Shown: piece by piece, positions 54,561-64,000 of the stretch
Layout of the letters: each line of letters begins with the position of its first letter
How positions within the stretch are numbered: position 1 is the stretch's first letter
Source of the DNA: Podarcis erhardii
Taxonomy: Eukaryota
NCBI GenBank assembly: GCA_964252035.1
Contig: OZ176204.1
Length of the DNA: 64,000 bases
Reading direction: 5' to 3' (one strand)
Notes under the pieces: model-generated
Told to the model about the DNA's origin: nothing
What the model saw: only the letters and a program-made list of their open reading frames with translations
Databases searched by the model: none
Position numbers and translations under genes: made by a program

Positions 54561-55312
54561 TTTTGTGCTGGCTTAGTGGTTTTTGGCGATTACTTTGTGC
54601 TCGTTGGTAGGGGAAAGGAAAAAGGCTAGGCTCCCTGTTCCCTCCATGTATGGCTGTGTATGTGGAGTGTTTGGACAGGGGAATTTAGGCACAGGATAGT
54701 TACTGATCGTTATGTCCATATAGGATCAGGGGCAACGTGTGTCTTGAGTGCCACTCGCTGGGGAGCAATAGTGGGAGAAGGCTCTTTCTCTCATTCCCTG
54801 AGGGTCCCGTTGGTATTGTGGAAAACCAGGGGGTGGATTAGATATGTGTTTGGTCTAGCAGAGTTCTTGTGCTCATAAGAACACAAATTGTTTATGGAAT
54901 TCACTGCCACAAGATATGGTTGCGGCCCTTGGCTTTAAAATGAAAGTAGTTTTTTTAAAAGGATAAAAAATAAACAATGGGCAATGCGTCAGGAACAGTA
55001 CACTTTTGAATACTAAATCCTGAGCCCAGATAAAAAGGTAAGCTGTTGCAAGGCATGGAAGCTGTGGATATTCCATAGAAATGGGCTGCTGGCCGACAAG
55101 ATGGATTTAAGGTCTTATCAGGGCTCTTGTCCTCTCAAGCTGTCCTTACTGTAGCAGAATATAGTTTGACAGACTAAGCAAACTTTACTGCAATAAGTTA
55201 GTCTATCCTAAATAAAAACGTTTGCTTCTTGTTCATTTAATGGAGCTGAACTGTAATAGTTTAATGCACAAGGCACCCATTATGACCTACACAGAAATTA
55301 ATTCCACAGTTT

Positions 55313-55378
55313 CATAGAATCATAGAGTTGGAAGAGACCACAAGGGCTATCGAGTCCACCCCCTGCCAAGCAGGAAAC
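55313..55378 (-). mobile_element. CR1 extreme 3' end
   Basis: CATAGAATCATAGAGTTGGAAGAGACC...GGCTATCGAGTCCACCCCCTGCC. Confidence 0.75.
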
Positions 55379-57990
55379 ATATTAGAAGGCAATATTGTAG
55401 CCTTTTTTCACAGTGTTCCAGGAGTTAGTATACTCTTCAAATAGGTTTGCTTTCTCCCTTCTGGTGTTGTGTATGGTTCACACAGTCTGGCCTTGTGGGC
55501 TCCAAAATCCATTTTGGGGCCGCATCTGTACAGTATGCTAACCAAAATATCCCCAAATAGTGTGCAAGTTCTCCATAACCCTTCATCAGAGTAAGTGGTA
55601 AAATCCTCAGTGGTGGGAGGAGTGAGAGAGAAAAGGTTTGGTGGGTCAAGCCATTCATGTTTGTAGCTAATAAGAGTACTGTACTAAGATGAAGTGTGGG
55701 AAGAGGTGACAGATTGCAAATGATTCTCTTAGTTGATATGGAGGTTTTAGGTTGCACCAAGGTCTCCTAGGAAGGAGAAACACCTAATGGCAGATTTCCC
55801 CCTCTCTGGAAATACAACAGCCAGTTGTTACTCAGTTTTGTCTCCATGCTTAGGTAAAGCACACAGGTCAATAGTTGTTGTGAACCACTTTGATATTTTC
55901 TTTGTGAATTAGTTATATATAAATATTTTTATAAAGTTGAGAGTCAGACTATAAAGAAACTAGGCAGTCCTTGTCAAAACAGGTAGAGATTACTTTTAGA
56001 TGGTGTGCTGGTTAGGCAAAAGTCAGAACAGCAAAAGAATTAAAACAAATCTGCATAAAATATATACTGTATTCAGATATAGTATTTTCCTTTCCTACTA
56101 CCCTTCACCCACAGGAGGACCCACTATCATACACACAGTATGCAGAAGACAGATAACACCAAACCTTGATGGGCAACCAAAAACCTATTTTCCAGCAGGA
56201 ACAAGGTAGCTTCCACCTATATGGGGTTTTTACTTGTAGTACATGTCACTTGGTCAATGAATATCCCCCCCCCCCCAGTTTAGCTAAATTGTTTCCTTTA
56301 AATCTTGGTTCCCCAAATGAAAGGGCTCCCTAATCCTCCAGTGAAAGTGCCAGAGAACCACTTGCAATATAATGATTTATGAAGTTTGACCAATTATACC
56401 ACTGCTGTTGTAATAAGGGCTTTGATTGGTTGACTGAACCAGGTGAGGGTAGCTAATGGGTCTTAAATCCTGAGTAAGTTAGGAACTTGTCTATCACCTG
56501 CATGTGAAGACAAGTTCCTGTGGATTGAGCAGAGAAGACCAATAGCGGGTCCAGCAGTCAAGAAGGCGGTTTCACAGTTGCATACTTACACCTTGACAAT
56601 ACCATTTTCTCTAACTTTAATATAGATATTACCAGTAATATAGGATCAAGTCATTGCTATGGTATTATGTTATAAAACAAGAGTTGGTAATAAACAACTA
56701 TTTTCCTGTGTTCCCGATAGCAATTCTCTAAATATTTGAAAAGCAGAATGTTTTCCATTACAGCATTGCATTGAAAAATGTTTTATTGTGTTATCAGAAT
56801 CATGTCTGAGCAGAGATTTTATCAGCTAAGCTGATTATCCTGTGTTCCAAAACACAAAATGCAACTCCTGAAATACCACCCCTGGAATTTGGAATTCATA
56901 GAGTGGACCACCTTCAAATAAGGCTAGTTGTCCAGACTCTTTTACCTGTTATTCCTATATTTTTAAGTTATTGATTACATACAAAAATAGGTTATAAAGC
57001 ATATAAAGTTTCAAGATTATAAATTATATAAAGGTTATAATGTATAAAGCATAAGGTTATATGAATAATAAAATAATCATAAATATTATTTAATAATTCC
57101 CTAATATTTTCATTCTCTTGAAAATCCTATAGGTGAAAACTTTAGAGGCAAATCTGTTCCTTCAGTCAAGATAGTCATGCTTTCCCATGAAAAAGTCAGC
57201 CTACCACTATTTCTTCTGGCAACCAATCTCATCTTTGTCCTGGAATGCAAGCAGTTAACTTCTTTCTGTTCTTGGAGGTATCTATTTGGAGGCAGTAAAA
57301 CACAAAACTGACCTTGTTGTTCCTGTCTGTCTCTGTTTTGAGAGACTTGTGAGAAAATTAAGGTTTGACATATGTACACAGTCCATAGTTCATCATAGAG
57401 TTTTTCTCACATCCATTTGAGCCAGCAAGGTTATCACTATTTATTAACTGGACTTGATGGGGTATGTGACAGTTCTCACGTCCTTAAACCTTTGTATTTT
57501 CACAGACTAAAGAACTAGATGAAATATGTTTTCCACTTATCCTTCTGTTTCTGTTGTTTCCTATTCATTCCAATCTTTTTCATATCTTTCCCTTTACCTG
57601 CTAAGCTCTTCTATCTTTGGTGTTCACTATTATACTTCCCCCACGATGGTGACAAAAATTTGGATTCAAATTGACTGCTGTTATACAAGTGCTCTACCTT
57701 TTGTTTAAGGCAGGGATTAGAAACTTGTCTTCTAGAGGTTGCTGAACTACATTGGCTAAGATGACTGGATCTGATGGAGGATGGAATCCAGTAACAGCTA
57801 TGGCTACTCCCCTGCAATGTCACTTCTGGAGGGGGGAAACATGTTCATAGGGGTGAGGTGGCTCGGTTTTCTGATGACACCAAATTATTTAGGGTGATAA
57901 AACAAAAAAGGATATTGAAGAGTTCCCAAAAGATATCTCCAAACTGGGGAATGGGCATTAAAATTTGAAATGTGAAAGTGAAAGCAAGTA

Positions 57991-58259
57991 CAGTGGTGCC
58001 CCGCAAGACGAATGCGTCGCAAGACGAAAAACCCGCTAGACGAAAGGGTTTTCCGTTTTTCGAGGCGCTTCGCAAGACGAATTTCCCTATGGGCTTGCTT
58101 CGCAAGACGAAAACGTCTTGCGAGTTTTTTCCCTTCCCCCCCTTTTTCTAAGCCACTAATAGCCGCTAAGCCGCTAATAGGGATTCTTCGCAAGACGAAA
58201 AAACCGCTAGACGAAGAGACTCGCGGAACGGATTATTTTCGTCTTGCGAGGCACCACTG
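57991..58259. mobile_element. pogo/Tigger-type MITE, young-looking
   Basis: TIR CAGTGGTGCCCCGCAAGACGAA ... TTCGTCTTGCGAGGCACCACTG, TA both sides; many intact CpGs; repeated CGCAAGACGAA subterminal motif. Confidence 0.9.
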
Positions 58260-58319
58260 TAAAGTGATGCATGTTAGGACAAATATACCCTGTTGAGTTC
58301 AAAAATAGCAGTAACTGAT

Positions 58320-58970
58320 AGCTCAATGAAAACATTGGCCCACTGTGTGGCAGCTATGAAAAGGACAATTTCCATGTGGGGAATTGATAGGAAAGGAATA
58401 AAAAAATAAAACTGCTAATAGATTACTTTTATTAAAATATATGGTGAGATTGCTCTAGGAATACAGTATACTATTCTGGTCACTGCACCTCAAAGAAGAT
58501 ATTGTACACTATATATAAGGGCAATCAAAGTGATCAAAGGATATAGCAACTCCCTTATGAGGAAATATAACTTTTTATGTTAGAAAAAAGTTATATATAT
58601 GCATGGTGTGGAGAAAGTAGGGTAGGGAGAAGTTTTTATCCTGTTCTGTACCTGCATTATAGCAGAAGCTGAATGGTCAGGGCAGACAAAAGGAAGAATT
58701 TCACCAGGGCATAAACTATGGAATTAGCTCCTGCAATATGATGGAACTCAGTTGACTTGAAAGGCAGATTCATGGAGGATAAAGCTAAAGCTATTGTTGG
58801 CTACAAGCCAAGATGACTGTGCTCTACCACCACTGTTGGATAGGAATCACAAGTGGAGAGTACTGTTGCATTTAGGCCCTGATTGTAGGCTTCCCATAGG
58901 TATCTGGCTGGACACTGTGATAACAGGATAATGGACTAGATTAACCTTTGAGTCTGATCCATCTGGGTTC
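58320..58970 (+). mobile_element. Degraded CR1 LINE 3' region
   Basis: TTCTGGTCACTGCACCTCAAAGAAGATATT and CCCTTATGAGGAAA correspond to the motifs in the 40612 CR1 copy; ends GGACTAGATTAACCTTTGAGTCTGATCCA. Confidence 0.65.
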
Positions 58971-61315
58971 CTATTTTTTTGGTCTTTTACTATCTGCTCT
59001 TTCGCTTATTCTCCCCATTTTTTTGTCTCAACTTGCTTCCTCATTTCACTCTGATTCTTTTATTTTCCTTACACCTTTTGTTCTATCTCTTTCCTATGCA
59101 TAATCTGTTCACATCTTCCCTTTCCTAATATATACGCAAGGCTAATTCATCAACCATGCTCAGTAGGTGGAAAGACAGTTGGATCTATACACCACATTCA
59201 TATTATTTTAGTTTTCTTTCAGCAAATTGGTTTCTTAAGCTAGAGTTATGTATTTATGCATTGCACTGTGATTTTCTGACTATGCAGAACTGTTCTCTAT
59301 TAATCTAGTCATAAGACTCTTAATCATACAAAGTTCTCAGAGGTTTAGTGGATTTAAGGCTACTTTATTATCCCTTTGTCCTCAATAATGCCTAATTGCT
59401 GCCGCTAATACATGCATAGTAGGATCTATGTAGGTCATTATTGAATTCCTCCCCTAGCTGAAAAAGTCAAGCTGCACAGACCTTATAAGTTGCAAGCTTT
59501 CTCACTCAGCAAGAGGAACAGCCCCCTGGTGAACAGCCCTTGTCAGATACTTCCAGTCCAGTTAAGAATTCAGAAAATAAAGATGGGAAATGTGTAGGAA
59601 GAACCACTATTTCTTTTAATGCATCTAACTTTTTGGTATTAAACTGCAAAATCAAATATGTGCCACAATTTCTACCCTCTTCATCACTCCATACACTTTT
59701 CCTGCCTAACTCTTAGATAGCAAATCTGCTTTGTTGTTAAGGTGCAAGTCTCCTTATTGTCTGATGTTATAGCAGCCTAGCACAGCTACTATTCCTAGTT
59801 TGTGGTTAGTAGTAATTGAATGGTAGCACTTTTGACTGTTTTCGTGACTGCAAGTACATGTTATGGTTGGCCTCTTATCACCAACATCACCATCACCACC
59901 ATTCTTTTTGGAAGTAAACCTAAAGGCAAAACAATCCATTTGTTTTAGAAACTTGTGTGCTTTGTAGAGTCACAGCTAATGCTTCATTGATCAAAATGCA
60001 TAGTTCAATGTAGATAGAACCATAATCAGACATTAGCAACTGCATTTTCTTTGCTTTCATTCACTCATGACAGTGAATTTACAGATGACATGAACTATCG
60101 AAATAGTGTTTCAAGGTTGCTAAATATTTTCTTTAAAAATAAATGTCACATTGTGGTGGCCTGTGGCTTTAAACAACAAAGTTTCATTCACATTGATTTG
60201 CGTTGCAAAATGATCCTCATTTTTACATTGTGTTTCAAATTAATTATTGGGAAAATTTATTTTGGTTTTAAGTGCAAGAAGCCTCATACAGTTCAAGGCA
60301 GGTAGAAATAACATTTTAAAAAACCATAATGTAGCCAACCGAGTCATACTCCAAGTAGACCTATTGAAATTAAAGAACTTGACTAAATTCCATTGATAAA
60401 AATGGAACTACTCTTGAGTATGCCTCAGTTGTATGCAACCCATTCATTCAACAACAGTGTTTCTACTGTTCATATCCTGTGCAAATTCATTGCTGAGATT
60501 TGACAGGTAATATTTTTATACAGTATACCACTGTCATCTCAAGTATTCACTCAAAATTTCAAGCTAAGTAAGATCTAAAGACTGTGAAGATGGAATGGGG
60601 GAAATGATACTCCCAGATCTGCATTTCATATATGTTTCTTTTGATAGCTTCAAATATAAACAAGTAGCAAATCTTTTGTTTGAAACGAAAACAAGCACAA
60701 GCCATGCCTGCTTTTCCAGCGGGTCACAGCAGGATTGCGCAACGCATTGAGTACATGCCAGGGATGAAACTAATTAAGGGAAAACACTGGAGATAATGAA
60801 ACTAGTCATTGTGTAATAACTGACGTTGTATTCCTGATTGTTACTAATAGTGTAATTTTGTCAGCAAGGAAGATGGCAACTATAAATTGATGAAAAGATT
60901 TGGACAGTGGGGTACAAAGCATTCTGTGACCGGCCTGTAGTCCTTGCCTAAATTCTGCCTCTTGTGATAAGCTTATTTGAGGTAACATTGCAGGTTGCTT
61001 GACCCTCATTGCTGATCTCGGACTACATCTCTGTTTTCCTGTATCCAGAAGGAATGAACTCAAGCATTTGTTGCTTTCCTTTTAGCAGAGGCAAGGTGCT
61101 ACATAAAATGCATGGAGCAGTTAGCACTCTTTCTAATCCTGTCATACCATCAACAATTAAAATCTTAAAACTAGGCATTATAATAAAAAACTAATCAAGC
61201 TAGCATAATGTTTATGTTACACACATTTCCCCCCACAGACTTGCAAACATTTGGTCAGAAGCTCTGCCTGTCTTGGGTTGATACATGGTCTTGGAGCCAC
61301 GTCATTCACTTCTGA

Positions 61316-61448
61316 ATGTTCACCGCAGCCACAGAATCAGAAGAAGAGGTCCCTTCATTGTTATGGGGACTGGATCCTATCTTTTCAGCTTTTGCAAGAC
61401 TGTACATTAAAGACGTACAAGAAATGAAAGAATCAAAACAGGTTCCAG
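61316..61448 (+). CDS. STN1: CST complex subunit STN1 (OBFC1), first coding exon (exon begins 61239)
   Basis: [44 protein letters not shown](G), matching the PSLLWGLDP motif of STN1; acceptor CCCCACAG at 61238, donor CAG|GTGAGT. Confidence 0.93.
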
Positions 61449-63042
61449 GTGAGTTATGAGATTGCTATGATATTTATAACATCACTGGTTTTAATGAAAA
61501 GCCTAGCATTACTGTGCTATGGACTGACAATCTGGCTCCAGATAAAAACTTTTCTCTCCCTTCTGTGTCTGAAAGAAGCTCTGAGGATAGATAAAACAGC
61601 AAAAGAAAATGAGATAATCTGTATATTCCAAGTTCCTCAATAAATCCAACCCTTGCTTGAGTTTCCTGATCTGCCACCTTACCTTGCCCACCAGGAAAAG
61701 GAATAGAATGGTGGATGCAATATGTACCACCATCAAGAGGAGTGTCCCTTCTCTTATGGATATGCTTGAATCTGCCTCCACCCCATCCCATGTAGCATGA
61801 AGCCATTGGATTGGGGAAAGAAGAGGGGAGAAATTCAGTCCCTGGAATTATCAGTATGTCATTGGGAGGGAGTGACCCATCAGGCTTATCTCTCAAAGTG
61901 GCTATACTAGTACAACTAGCTGCAGACAGGAGGGAGAGGTTGTGATAAAGGCGCTGAGGGAGTGTCAGAAGGATCCCAACAGCCTGGATGAGCTTGCAGC
62001 TGGTGACTCGGAGCTGCGCCTCAGTCTATATCCCTAGTAACATAACCATACTTGCACTGTACTTCAACCAGAGCTCTTTTTCCACTAATTGTCAGCTCAA
62101 CTCTCACATGATTATTACCAGGGCAGCTTGACCAGACAAACTGCCCTGGCTGGAAACAGCTATAATTTTTTACCATTATTTTTGCTTAGTCTGATCCAAT
62201 TTAAGACTTTATGCAAGAATGTAAGATTTTCATGAATAATAAAAAGCAACTAAAAGATCAGTCCCAAGCTACCTTGAAAGAGATAAATAGGCAATATTTG
62301 TTAAACGGAACTGGAAATCAAGACAGAGCATATTGCTTCCAAAAATGCTTAAGGGAAAAGGTGTGGTGAATTGTGATATGCAGAAACCAAAGAATTTAAC
62401 AAAAGGCTGTTTAGAAAATGTCTTTTCTTTTAAAATATGTTGAATTAAAAGCCATGGCTGAACATTCCTCAGCATGTTCCTTACAGACCTTACCTACCCT
62501 CATTTATTAAAACTGACATTTCTTGTTTGCTTGGCAAACTCCAGTTTCCCTTAGTAAACTCTTCATCTGTTTCACCCTTTGGTAGTTAAAATCTCCATGC
62601 TGGTTCCTGAGACTCCTACAGCATCATTGCTCAGCCTACTGGTTGCAAAGTCTGAGAAAGTGGGGCATGGCCTTTTTAAATAAACTGAAAATAATTACTG
62701 GTGCTGCCTTTAACCATTAACTGGCATGATGAATACCTCTTACAACTTGTTGCTTTGTTGACATATTATAATGTTGTATTGACACTTTTGGCCAAATGTC
62801 AGAATGCCACTCCCAACCTGGTGGGGGGCAAATTTGTCACACACCCCTTTCCTAGAAAGCCTTGAGTGGTTTTTCCTGGAAGAGGCGTTAGGGAAGGTGC
62901 ACAGGGCTTTCTAGCCCTATAGCAAACAGGCGGGCATCAGAATTTTAAGCCAGGCACCACCTCAGTCCATTCTCCTTCTTTACTTAGCTGAAATAAGACT
63001 GTATGTACCTTATGTATCAATAATGATCTCCTTCTTTCATAG

Positions 63043-63138
63043 GTATATTCTTTTACAACAGGCATCCAGTAAGGCGGGTGGATATTCTTGGAACTGTGGT
63101 TCTGATCAAAGAACACGATGCCATTTATACTTATGGAG
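63043..63138 (+). CDS. STN1: STN1 second coding exon (96 nt, OB fold)
   Basis: (G)IFFYNRHPVRRVDILGTVVLIKEHDAIYTYG(V); CATAG acceptor, donor GAG|GTAAGA; gene continues past window end. Confidence 0.93.
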
Positions 63139-64000
63139 GTAAGAAATTCTTATTCCTGCTAGCTCTTAAATTTCTCCATTCTCATTAGCCTTCACTGCCT
63201 TCTTAAATTAGGTTTGCTTTTATATTTGGTATAGCAACAACAACAACAACCAGCTGGAGGTTTCTGATCAGTCTGCAAGGGGAGAACCCCATGCAACCCA
63301 GTCTGGAAAAGACCAGAGGGAAGGTCTAATTGCGCCAGTAAATGGCAAAATGGGGGAACCAGATGAGAGTTGGCAGAAAGTACCCCTGGCCACTGCTGCA
63401 TCCTGTAAGACGCTTTAGGAATGCCCCAAGCTGTGAAACTCTTCCTTCAGGGGGAATGTTCACTTTCATTGACAACTTCCACAGCCTTGACTGGGACAGA
63501 TGGTGGTAATGAGAGAGATAGATGGGGTTCCAAGAGCATGCTAACAATGGCATAGCCTTTTGAATGTCCCAGCGCAGAGAGTGAGATGCTAGGTGTATAA
63601 TTTTCTGTTCCTGGGAAGAAATGCTGGTGTAGTTCTTAGCATGGTTGCCTTCTACGGTTCTTTGGTACAAAGACAGAGGCTATTCTTCCTCAGCCACCCC
63701 TCCCTTCACTGCCAACTCTTTCCAAGTTCACACCAGTGAACTTAGGAGAAGGACTACCCTCCTTGCGTCCATGGTTGTCTTTCTCCTCATGTTCAAACTG
63801 TGCCCAGTTTCATTCTTGGGCATCTTGCCAAGCTGCCCCTCCCTGACCTTCTCTCAGCTGCAGTCAGGCTGACTTGCCCAAAATAAATCATAACTTCCAT
63901 TTGCATTTTCCAGTTCAAAAGCAAGGCTCTGCCAGCTGGGGATCTAATTGGCTAGTATTGCATCAGCTGGATCACGTGCTTGAGCTTAGATAGGCATGAT

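Noticed and set aside
60734-60743. C/EBP-like site ATTGCGCAAC with nearby homeobox-like TAATTA
   Set aside because: Isolated motifs without conservation or chromatin data are insufficient to call an enhancer.
62118-62149. Short hairpin CCAGGGCAG...CTGCCCTGG
   Set aside because: 9-bp core stem is within chance expectation for 64 kb.

Overview
Vertebrate genomic DNA, most likely a lacertid lizard (inferred from Sauria/POM-type SINEs and lacertid-type MITEs; not database-verified). It carries the syntenic block COL17A1 (+; last three coding exons, 1-2772), SLK (-; complete CDS in 19 exons, 52750 to 10242, 3798 nt, 1265 aa with cassette exon 13) and STN1/OBFC1 (+; putative non-coding exon 1 near 54473, coding exons at 61316-61448 and 63043-63138). 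SLK and STN1 appear to share one CpG-island bidirectional promoter (about 53400-54560). Introns hold many squamate repeats: Sauria SINEs, CR1, L1, L2 and RTE fragments, TA-flanked pogo/Tc2-type MITEs and hAT MITEs with 8-bp TSDs. There are no prokaryotic features or CRISPR arrays, and I found no convincing wholly new gene system. The most notable signals are regulatory: a GC-AG intron in SLK, four UGCAUG (RBFOX) motifs in front of SLK exon 13, a candidate poison exon, an overlapping uORF on STN1, an unexplained ~110-bp inverted repeat pair between the convergent COL17A1 and SLK 3' ends, and unclassified repeats. Comparisons to human orthologues are from memory, not from alignments run here.
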